Assembly (NCBI GenBank): GCA_019358935.1
Contig: JAHHIK010000169.1
Span: 1-11,840, forward strand
Direction of reading: 5' to 3'
From: Tolypothrix carrinoi HA7290-LM1
GTDB lineage: Bacteria > Cyanobacteriota > Cyanobacteriia > Cyanobacteriales > Nostocaceae
DNA: 11,840 bases
The notes beneath the pieces were generated by a model that was not told the DNA's origin, did no database searches, and saw only the letters and a list, made by a program, of their open reading frames with translations. A program made the translations under genes and the position numbers. Below, piece after piece: positions 1-6,371 of this stretch (the stretch's first letter is position 1; each line of letters starts with the position of its first letter).

Positions 1-125
1 TTTCTAATACTGGGAAAATGGTATGTGTGACAAACACCAAGTTACTGAGGAGCCGTGTGAGGTGCAAAGTCTCAAGCACGGTTTTGAAGACGAGTCGGAG
101 AGGCGACTCTCCGGCTTAGTTTAAC
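1..125 (+). mobile_element. 3' end of a group II intron (IIB-like, cyanobacterial type); the rest lies upstream of the window
   Basis: Domain V at 50-84 (GAGCCGTGT-GAGGT-GCAAA-GTCTC-AA-GCACGGTTT) has the AGC triad at 51-53 and a 2-nt AA bulge. Domain VI at about 89-121 (GAGTCGGAGAG-GCGA-CTCTCCGGCTT) has a bulged A at 118, 8 nt from the terminal AC at 124-125. Rpn-like coding sequence resumes at 126. Confidence 0.93.
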
Positions 126-923
126 TTCCTAGCGGACAACTTCTCCACTGACTTCGCTACTTGGTTGTTAGGGGAACCGATAACCTTAACTCAACTTAGT
201 CCTAAGGAATTATCCCTGGAACCGATTCGGGCGGATGCCTTAATTCTGCTACAGTCAGAACAACACGTACTGCACTTAGAGTTTCAAACTCAAGTCGATG
301 CCGAAATTCCCTTTCGGATGCTAGATTATCGCGTTCGTGTCTATCGTCGCTTTCCCCAAAAGGAAATGCATCAAGTCGTGATTTATCTCAAACAAACAAA
401 TTCCGATTTGGTGCAGCAAAATACATTTATTTTGACTCGTACTCGTCATGAGTTTGAAGTTATCAGACTGTGGGAACAACCGACTGAGGTATTTCTGAGA
501 ACTCCGGGACTGTTACCTTTGGCGGTGTTAAGTAGTACAATTGACCGAGAAGCTGTACTTAACCAAGTAGCACAACAAATTAACAATATTACAGAATTAA
601 GAACTCAAAGTAATGTTGCCGCTTCCACGGCGATTTTAGCTGGTTTAGTATTGAATCAAGAGGTCATAAAACGAGTTTTGAGGTCGGATATTATGCGCGA
701 GTCAGTCATTTATCAAGAGATTTTACAAGAAGGTAGAACCGAAGGTAGAACTGAGGGTAGAACCGAAGGTAGAACTGAAGGTAGAACTGAAGCTTTACTT
801 GAAGTGGCAAAAAATCTACTTAATAGTGGGATGCAATTAGAGGAAGTAGCAAGAGTGACAAAGTTAACCGTTGAGCAGTTGCAACAATTACAAACGCAAG
901 AAAAAAGTGACAAGCAGCAATAA
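126..923 (+). CDS. 3' exon of an Rpn family recombination-promoting nuclease/putative transposase (PD-(D/E)XK), interrupted by the intron
   Basis: The frame is open from 126 (FLADNFSTDFATW-LLGEP...), with an in-frame TAG at 117-119 inside the intron. Motifs include IRADAL, HLEFQT and FRMLDY, and the C-terminus has MRESVIYQEI-(EGRT)n followed by an HTH-like tail. The TTG at 165 in the ORF track is unlikely to be the real start. Confidence 0.88.
   Translation, partial: FLADNFSTDFATWLLGEPITLTQLSPKELSLEPIRADALILLQSEQHVLHLEFQTQVDAEIPFRMLDYRVRVYRRFPQKEMHQVVIYLKQTNSDLVQQNTFILTRTRHEFEVIRLWEQPTEVFLRTPGLLPLAVLSSTIDREAVLNQVAQQINNITELRTQSNVAASTAILAGLVLNQEVIKRVLRSDIMRESVIYQEILQEGRTEGRTEGRTEGRTEGRTEALLEVAKNLLNSGMQLEEVARVTKLTVEQLQQLQTQEKSDKQQ
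693..923 (+). CDS. Candidate in-frame internal small protein (RpnS-like antitoxin, 76 aa)
   Basis: In-frame ATG at 693 has a Shine-Dalgarno-like GAGGT at 680-684 (8-nt spacer), just before the variable repeat-bearing C-terminal domain. This matches the RpnL/RpnS gene-within-gene arrangement. Confidence 0.55.
   Translation: MRESVIYQEILQEGRTEGRTEGRTEGRTEGRTEALLEVAKNLLNSGMQLEEVARVTKLTVEQLQQLQTQEKSDKQQ
729..792 (+). repeat. 12-bp coding tandem repeat GARGGTAGAACY x5 (EGRT x5)
   Basis: Units start at 729, 741, 753, 765 and 777, with a partial GAAG at 789. Confidence 0.95.
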
Positions 924-955
924 ATTTTTAGCTAAAAGTTTTTAATTTCATCAAA

Positions 956-982
956 AAACGGTGCAGTCAATCTGCACCGTTT
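956..982. terminator. Hairpin, probable bidirectional terminator between convergent genes
   Basis: AAACGGTGCAG-TCAAT-CTGCACCGTTT is a perfect 11-bp stem with an A-run on the left and a T-run on the right, downstream of rpn and of the minus-strand genes. Confidence 0.65.
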
Positions 983-1013
983 ATCAAATTTGACTATTGA
1001 TGAAACGCGCTAT

Positions 1014-1197
1014 TTACTTTTTTCGAGCCATCCTCGTTCCCCCATAAACATAAAAGGGGTTATCTTGACTAACTTGATCCCAACATTGATGGCAAACAAA
1101 AACCCACTCGCCATCCTCTTCGTACTTGACTCGATATAAAATTGGTGCAGATTGACTGCACCGATCGCACAATAAGAGCGCGAATTTTTCGAGCCAT
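1014..1197 (-). pseudogene. Small CxxC...CxxC (zinc-ribbon-like) protein gene, about 60 aa, with an apparent 1-nt frameshift; not in the ORF track
   Basis: ATG at 1197 gives MARKIRAL. The +1 frame then reads LCDRCSQSAPILYRVKYEEDGEWVFVCHQCWDQVSQDNPFYVYGGTRMARKK to TAA at 1016-1014. The span is 184 nt (3n+1). An intact 52-aa version could start at TTG 1172. Confidence 0.6.
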
Positions 1198-1202
1198 TTA
1201 CC

Positions 1203-2279
1203 TTACGCTAATGCGGAAGCTTGAGGTTTGGCAAAAATCATCCTTCCGGCTGAAGTTTGCAAAGCACTGGTGACTACTACCCGAATTTCACCACCAACAT
1301 AACTGCTGCCTTCTTCAACGACAACCATTGTACCGTCGTCGAGGTAGCCGATACCCTGACTGGGTTCTTTACCTTCTTTGAGAATTTTTAAGTCAATGTA
1401 GTCACCAGGTAAATATGAGGGACGAACAGCGTTAACTAAATCGTTAACATTCAAAACAGGCACTTTTTGAACAGTGGCTACTTTAGACAAGTTGTAGTCA
1501 TTAGTTAGCAGTGTACCGTTGATTTCTTGAGCGAATCGCACTAATTTAGCATCTACGGTGGAAATATCTTCGTAATCTGCTGGGTTGATTAAAATGCGAT
1601 CCGGGTAAGCTTCTTTAATTCGGTTGAGAATTTCTAGTCCTCGTCTTCCCCGCACCCGCTTTAGGTCTTTGTTAGCATCAGCTACTTGTTGCAATTCTTG
1701 CAAGACAAATTGCGGGACGAGAATTTGCCCTTCCAGAAATCCTGTTTCTAACAGTGTTTCAATGCGACCATCAATAATGCAACTAGTGTCTAAAACTTTA
1801 GTACTGGCAGGTTTTAATGTTCCTTCCACTACCATTGTTTCCACAGTATTAGGATTAATCAGCCGCAATAACCCACGTCCGTGAGTATCTGCCAAATTCA
1901 TGCCTGTATAAGCCAGCACGATGCTGCCGACAACGGCGACTAGCGGCTTAATAAAGCCAAAATCTGCCGGAATTGGCAACAAGAACAAAGGTGCCAGCAT
2001 TAAGTTTGCTATCAATAACCCAATGACCAAGCCAATGGCACGAGTTAAGATAACTTCTAGAGGCAAATCTCGAACTTGTGCTTCTAGACGGCGATATCCT
2101 GTCTGGAATCGCAATCCGACAGCACCGCCAATGATTGCCGCAAAAACAGCAACAATGAAGCGTAAAGCTTCCAGATTCGTAACGCGGTCTAGTGTCACGT
2201 AGGGTATCATCTCGGTGCTGTAGTACCCTATACCCGCCGCTAAGAGGATGAATGAGAAAATGATAATTGCATCAAGCAT
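1203..2279 (-). CDS. PIN/TRAM domain membrane protein (YacL-like)
   Basis: N-terminal hydrophobic helices, PIN motifs (VLDTSCIIDGRI, RGRRGLEIL, LLTNDYNL) and C-terminal TRAM domain (GIGYLDDGTMVVVE...QTSAGRMIFA). Confidence 0.93.
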   Translation of the reverse strand: MLDAIIIFSFILLAAGIGYYSTEMIPYVTLDRVTNLEALRFIVAVFAAIIGGAVGLRFQTGYRRLEAQVRDLPLEVILTRAIGLVIGLLIANLMLAPLFLLPIPADFGFIKPLVAVVGSIVLAYTGMNLADTHGRGLLRLINPNTVETMVVEGTLKPASTKVLDTSCIIDGRIETLLETGFLEGQILVPQFVLQELQQVADANKDLKRVRGRRGLEILNRIKEAYPDRILINPADYEDISTVDAKLVRFAQEINGTLLTNDYNLSKVATVQKVPVLNVNDLVNAVRPSYLPGDYIDLKILKEGKEPSQGIGYLDDGTMVVVEEGSSYVGGEIRVVVTSALQTSAGRMIFAKPQASALA

Positions 2280-2531
2280 AAGCTGTGTGGTTTTCCTGCA
2301 ACTGTGTTAACCGCAAGAGCGCAGTATTTTTTATTTCATCGGTAGGATAAAATCAGAAATATTTACTTACTAAGCGGGATTTAAGCAGGCAATATCTGCA
2401 ATTATTATAACCAAAGAGTTTTGTATTCATATTTTTGATCGTTTTGTTGTAATAAATATAAAAAGTTGTAAAAAGTCTATTAATTTTCATAGTTTGTAAT
2501 TATAGGAATAATAATTTAATTGTCTGTAAAA

Positions 2532-3716
2532 ATGGCTGAAAAACTTATTGTTTTTGGAATTCCGAGTTCTGCTTACGTACATATTCCCTTTTGCAGACGG
2601 CGGTGTTTTTATTGTGATTTTCCGGTGTCTGTGGTAGGCGATCGCTTGCGGGGTGAAACATCTGTCGGTATATCCCATTACGTTGATGTATTAATTGAAG
2701 AAATTGCTGCTACAGCGACTTTTGGTCTACCTTTGAAGACAATTTTCTTTGGTGGGGGGACTCCTTCGCTTCTATCTACAGATCAGTTACGGCGTATCCT
2801 GGAGGTGATAGAAGAGCGTTTTGGTATTTCTCCAGAAGCAGAAATTTCTATGGAAATGGACCCAGGAACGTTTGATTTAGAACATCTTCAAGGCTATCGT
2901 CGCTTGGGAGTCAATCGGGTAAGTTTGGGTGTGCAAGCATTTGAGTCAGAATTATTGCAAGTTGCGGGGCGATCGCACACTATTACTGATATCTTTACAG
3001 CTGTGGATTTAATTCGCCAGGTGGGGGTTCCCGAATTCAGCATAGACTTAATTTCAGGTTTGCCGCATCAAACTTTAGATAGGTGGCAATATTCTTTAGA
3101 AAAAGCGGTGGCTACAGCACCAACGCACATATCTATATATGACCTTACCATTGAGCCTGGTACGGCTTTCGGTCGTTTCTACAAACCTGGGGATCAACCT
3201 TTACCGACAGATGAAACCACAGTTGAGATGTATAGGTTAACACAGCAAATTTTAACGAGCGCGGGTTACGAACATTATGAAATTTCTAATTATGCCCAGC
3301 CAGGACATCAATGCCGACATAATCGAGTTTATTGGGAAAATCGCCCTTATTATGGCTTCGGTATGGGAGCTGCGAGTTATCTTGAGGGGAAACGCTTTAC
3401 TCGTCCGCGTAAAACCAAGGAGTATTATTCTTGGGTGGAAACTGGAAGTGTAATTGATTGTGATGTGACTCCCCCAGAAGAAGTTTTGTTAGACACTTTA
3501 ATGCTGGGGTTGCGTCTGGCTGAAGGTGTAAGTTTGGATGCGTTGACTTTTCAGTTTGGGGAAGAGAAGGTAAAGGAGATTTACAAGTGTTTGCAACCCT
3601 ACTTTGAGAAACATTGGGTGGAAGTTGTGGGGGGAAGGTTAAAGTTAAGCGATCCCGATGGATTTTTATTTTCTAATGTGGTTTTGGCGAAGTTGTTTGA
3701 GAAGCTGGGGGAATAA
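2532..3716 (+). CDS. hemW: Radical SAM heme chaperone HemW (HemN-like)
   Basis: YVHIPFCRRRCFYCDF (CxxxCxxC), GGGTPS, YEISNYA and HNRVYW. ATG 2532 is preferred over TTG 2520; the start is uncertain. Confidence 0.92.
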   Translation: MAEKLIVFGIPSSAYVHIPFCRRRCFYCDFPVSVVGDRLRGETSVGISHYVDVLIEEIAATATFGLPLKTIFFGGGTPSLLSTDQLRRILEVIEERFGISPEAEISMEMDPGTFDLEHLQGYRRLGVNRVSLGVQAFESELLQVAGRSHTITDIFTAVDLIRQVGVPEFSIDLISGLPHQTLDRWQYSLEKAVATAPTHISIYDLTIEPGTAFGRFYKPGDQPLPTDETTVEMYRLTQQILTSAGYEHYEISNYAQPGHQCRHNRVYWENRPYYGFGMGAASYLEGKRFTRPRKTKEYYSWVETGSVIDCDVTPPEEVLLDTLMLGLRLAEGVSLDALTFQFGEEKVKEIYKCLQPYFEKHWVEVVGGRLKLSDPDGFLFSNVVLAKLFEKLGE

Positions 3717-3771
3717 ACCGCACAAGAATAAAAGTGTAACAGAGATACATACGGATGTTGGGCAAATAAAC

Positions 3772-4056
3772 ATGAGAATTTCAGTAGAAGAAATCGAGCA
3801 AGTTTTTCACCGTCTAATTGAAAGGATAAAACAAGATGAAATTAAATTTTTAGATATTGAAACTGACTACTATTGGATTATAACGAGTGCCGACTGGGAT
3901 AATTTTGCTTCTGAGCCTACTATAGTAGTGGGTTCGCTTATAGATGATTGGGACTTGCTACAAAAAGTTTTAAGAGATGAATGTATCACTACTTATTTAG
4001 ACTACGAGCGATTCGCCAGCATTCTTCGAGCAATATCGGAAACAATTACTCGATGA
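3772..4056 (+). CDS. Small acidic hypothetical protein (94 aa)
   Basis: ATG 3772 avoids the overlap with hemW. The sequence is protein-like (MRISVEEIEQ...DYYWII...GSLIDDWDLL...) and AT-rich. Confidence 0.7.
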   Translation: MRISVEEIEQVFHRLIERIKQDEIKFLDIETDYYWIITSADWDNFASEPTIVVGSLIDDWDLLQKVLRDECITTYLDYERFASILRAISETITR

Positions 4057-4087
4057 AAATAGTAATTAATAGGAAAAAGTATTTATT

Positions 4088-4435
4088 ATGAAACTTAAAG
4101 AATTAGAAGCACAATTATTAGCATTAAATCTGAGTGAGAAAGCAGAGGCAATACAAATATTAACTAAAAGTTTAAGCAACGGTTCGCAAGGAATTACCAA
4201 AACTCCAGGTGTGTGTGGTGGTGATGCTTGTGTTGCTAACACTCGCATTCCAGTTTGGTCATTGGTAAGCGATCGCCGTTTGGGGATGAGTGATGCTCGT
4301 ATTTTGAAAGCATTTCCTCATCTTACCGCTGCTGACTTAGTAAACGTATGGGCTTATGCAGATGCAAACTCAAAAGAAATTGAACAAGCAATCAGAGAAA
4401 ATGAGGAAGCAATGCTAGAAAATCTGGAATATTGA
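4088..4435 (+). CDS. DUF433 domain antitoxin (VapB45-like), copy 1
   Basis: ITKTPGVCGGDACVANTRIPV...G.SDA.IL..FP.LT..DL DUF433 signature, directly upstream of a PIN-like gene. Confidence 0.88.
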   Translation: MKLKELEAQLLALNLSEKAEAIQILTKSLSNGSQGITKTPGVCGGDACVANTRIPVWSLVSDRRLGMSDARILKAFPHLTAADLVNVWAYADANSKEIEQAIRENEEAMLENLEY

Positions 4436-4438
4436 AAA

Positions 4439-4777
4439 TTGGCACGTCTTTATACAGATGAAAACTTCCCATTACCAGTAGTGGAATTATTACGCGCTTT
4501 TGGTCACGATATTTTAACAGCTAGCGAAGCCGGAAATGCAAATCTGAGAATTCCCGATGAAAGTGTGTTAGATTTCGCCGCAAGTAATCAAAGAGCAGTT
4601 TTGACGCGCAATCGTCGTGATTTTACTCGATTGCACCGCTTACAACCAGAACATGCTGGCATAATTATCTGCACAGAAAACCCAAATTTTGAACAACTAG
4701 CAACACTTATTAATGAGGCGATTTCTGCTGAAGAATGCTTAAAAGCAAAATTAATTAGAGTCACTCGTCCGGGATAA
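4439..4777 (+). CDS. DUF5615 family PIN-like toxin (VapC45-like), copy 1
   Basis: LYTDENFP, GHDI, PDESVL, RAVLTRNRRDF and HAGII motifs. TTG start 3 nt after the partner's stop. Confidence 0.87.
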   Translation: MARLYTDENFPLPVVELLRAFGHDILTASEAGNANLRIPDESVLDFAASNQRAVLTRNRRDFTRLHRLQPEHAGIIICTENPNFEQLATLINEAISAEECLKAKLIRVTRPG

Positions 4778-4807
4778 ATAAGCACTGAAAATCAGGTGAT
4801 ATTAGCT

Positions 4808-5149
4808 ATGACACTTAAAGAATTAGAAGCACAACTATTAGCGTTAAATCTGACTGAGAAGGCAGAGGCAATACAAATATTGACTAAAAGTTTAAGCAAT
4901 GGTTCGCAAGGAATTACCAAAACTCCTGGTGTGTGTGGGGGTGATGCTTGTGTTGCTAATACTCGCCTTCCTATTTGGCTATTTGTGAGTTTACGTCGTC
5001 AAGGTACAACTGATGCAGAACTTCTAGAGTTTTATCCTTATCTAAGTGCTGCTGACTTGGTGAATGTTTGGGCTTATGCGGATGCACATTCTGAAGAAAT
5101 TGAAACAGCGCTCCGAGAACAAGATGAAGCAATCAAGCAAGAATTATAA
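4808..5149 (+). CDS. DUF433 domain antitoxin (VapB45-like), copy 2
   Basis: Paralog of 4088-4435. ATG 4808 aligns with the copy-1 start, and 51 of the first 53 aa are identical. Confidence 0.88.
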   Translation: MTLKELEAQLLALNLTEKAEAIQILTKSLSNGSQGITKTPGVCGGDACVANTRLPIWLFVSLRRQGTTDAELLEFYPYLSAADLVNVWAYADAHSEEIETALREQDEAIKQEL

Positions 5150-5152
5150 TCT

Positions 5153-5488
5153 ATGGCAAGTCTCTATGCGGATGAACAATTCCCCTTGCTAGTTGTAGAA
5201 TTATTACGCACTTTCGGTCACGATATTTTAACAGTACAGGAGGCAGGGAATACCGGACTGCCCGATCCAGATGTATTAGCTTTTGCAGTAAGTAATCAAA
5301 GAGCAGTTTTGACACAAAATCGGCGTGATTTTATTCGATTGCACCGCTTACGACCAGACCATGCCGGCATAATTATCTGTACAGAAGATAGAAATTTAGA
5401 AAGACTAGCAACACGTATTAATGAAGCGATTTCTGCTGAGGAAAGCTTCAAAGCAAAATTAATTAGAGTCAATCGTCCGGCAGTATGA
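5153..5488 (+). CDS. DUF5615 family PIN-like toxin (VapC45-like), copy 2
   Basis: Paralog of 4439-4777 with LYADEQFP, GHDI, PDPDVL, VLTQNRRDF and HAGII. ATG start 3 nt after the partner's stop. Confidence 0.87.
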   Translation: MASLYADEQFPLLVVELLRTFGHDILTVQEAGNTGLPDPDVLAFAVSNQRAVLTQNRRDFIRLHRLRPDHAGIIICTEDRNLERLATRINEAISAEESFKAKLIRVNRPAV

Positions 5489-5542
5489 TTTTGCCAAAAA
5501 TTGATAATATTAAATCAAGTAAACGCAACCCAAATATAGATA

Positions 5543-5803
5543 ATGTCTAAAGAATTACGAGAATTAATGAAACAAGCAGACGCACTCACACCGGATGAAC
5601 AATTGCGTCTAATAGCCTATTTAACACAAAGGCTGCAACGCTGCGAAATTAAACGCAAACCAAGCCGCAATATTATGGAGTTTATCGGCATAGCGCCTAA
5701 TATGTTAGGAGGTATGGATGCTCAGGAATATGTTACTCGAATGCGACGGGGCGAGTTTCCCGATTTAGAAATTGCAGAAAAGCAAATAAGGAAAGAGGAG
5801 TGA
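5543..5803 (+). CDS. Putative antitoxin of the downstream VapC
   Basis: 86 aa with LTPDEQLRLIAYL and G....GMDAQEYV..MR. The stop overlaps the toxin start (GTGA, 5800-5803). Confidence 0.72.
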   Translation: MSKELRELMKQADALTPDEQLRLIAYLTQRLQRCEIKRKPSRNIMEFIGIAPNMLGGMDAQEYVTRMRRGEFPDLEIAEKQIRKEE

Positions 5804-6255
5804 GTATTACAGATAGTTTACAGGGTGTGACGCGCTTGTTTCTGGACAGTGCGCCAGTAATATATGCTGTTGAGCGAAACCCACAGTATTTACCACTTGT
5901 CAGAGTAGTTTTTGAGCGCATATTCAGTGGTTTGCCGATGGGTGTTGTTTCACCTATTACTTTAGCGGAATGTTTGGTTCAGCCCTATCGTTTGGGACAA
6001 ACTGAGTTACAGCAAGATTTTATTGAATTGATGACTGACACTGAAAATATTGAATTTGTAGCTATTAATAACCAAAACATGGCAATAGAAGCGGCTAAAA
6101 TCAGAGCTAGATATAATCTACAATTACCTGATGCTTTTCAAATTACTGTCGCTTTAGCAGCAGGGTGTGAAGCTTTTTTAACAAATGATGTCACATTTAA
6201 GCGCGTTACAGAATTGCGCGTGTTGGTGTTAGATGATTTTAATACTTATGATTAA
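5800..6255 (+). CDS. VapC-family PIN domain toxin
   Basis: Acidic PIN motifs LFLDSAPVIY, ITLAECL, LPDAFQ and FLTND. Purine-rich RBS (AAGGAAAGAGGA) upstream of the GTG. Confidence 0.9.
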   Translation: MSITDSLQGVTRLFLDSAPVIYAVERNPQYLPLVRVVFERIFSGLPMGVVSPITLAECLVQPYRLGQTELQQDFIELMTDTENIEFVAINNQNMAIEAAKIRARYNLQLPDAFQITVALAAGCEAFLTNDVTFKRVTELRVLVLDDFNTYD

Positions 6256-6258
6256 AAT

Positions 6259-6289
6259 GGGTGCGTTACACTGCGTTAACGCACCCTAC
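6259..6289 (-). repeat. GTAG-type REP-like palindrome
   Basis: The minus strand reads GTAGGGTGCGTTAACGCAGTGTAACGCACCC, with stem GGGTGCGTTA/TAACGCACCC. Confidence 0.75.
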
Positions 6290-6298
6290 AAATTTAAC

Positions 6299-6319
6299 TA
6301 ATTCTTAATTCATAATTCC
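6299..6319 (+). repeat. Heptamer short tandem repeat (STRR-like) TAATTCN x3
   Basis: TAATTCT TAATTCA TAATTCC, with a further CTAACTC CTAACTT at 6357-6370. Confidence 0.6.
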
Positions 6320-6327
6320 TCACTTTT

Positions 6328-6356
6328 GTACAGACGTTCCAGTGGAACGTCTCTAC
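6328..6356. repeat. REP-like palindrome of the cyanobacterial GTAGAGACG...CGTCTCTAC type; may also act as a terminator
   Basis: GTACAGACGTTCCAGTGGAACGTCTCTAC is a near-perfect inverted repeat between convergent vapC and usp. Confidence 0.78.
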
Positions 6357-6371
6357 CTAACTCCTAACTTT

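Noticed and set aside
1..124. C-terminus of the intron-encoded RT/maturase (FLILGKWYV* in frame 1, or MCDKHQVTEEPCEV... in frame 2)
   Set aside because: Too little sequence to tell which frame, if any, is the intron ORF; no RT or HNH motif is visible.
165..167. TTG start for the Rpn ORF
   Set aside because: Rpn-like sequence extends in frame to 126, the intron boundary, so the true start should be in an upstream exon.
729..792. Possible CRISPR-like array
   Set aside because: Contiguous 12-bp units with no spacers, in frame within a protein.
713..913. Minus-strand 66-aa ORF with SVLP repeats
   Set aside because: Antisense shadow of the Rpn EGRT repeat.
1624..2678. ORFs 1624-1884, 1921-2202 and 2487-2678
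   Set aside because: Antisense to the well-supported PIN/TRAM and hemW genes, with no recognisable motifs.
3658..3771. N-terminal extension of the 132-aa ORF
   Set aside because: Overlaps the hemW 3' end in another frame; ATG 3772 is more plausible.
4088..5488. Diversity-generating retroelement TR/VR pair
   Set aside because: Differences between the copies are not restricted to adenines, and both copies are intact genes. An ordinary duplication explains them.
5491..5515. Possible extended -10 promoter (TGATAATAT) upstream of the third TA pair
   Set aside because: AT-rich context with no properly spaced -35; cannot be supported from sequence alone.
4066..5921. Minus-strand ORFs 4066-4248, 4588-4785 and 5733-5921
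   Set aside because: Shadows of the TA genes.
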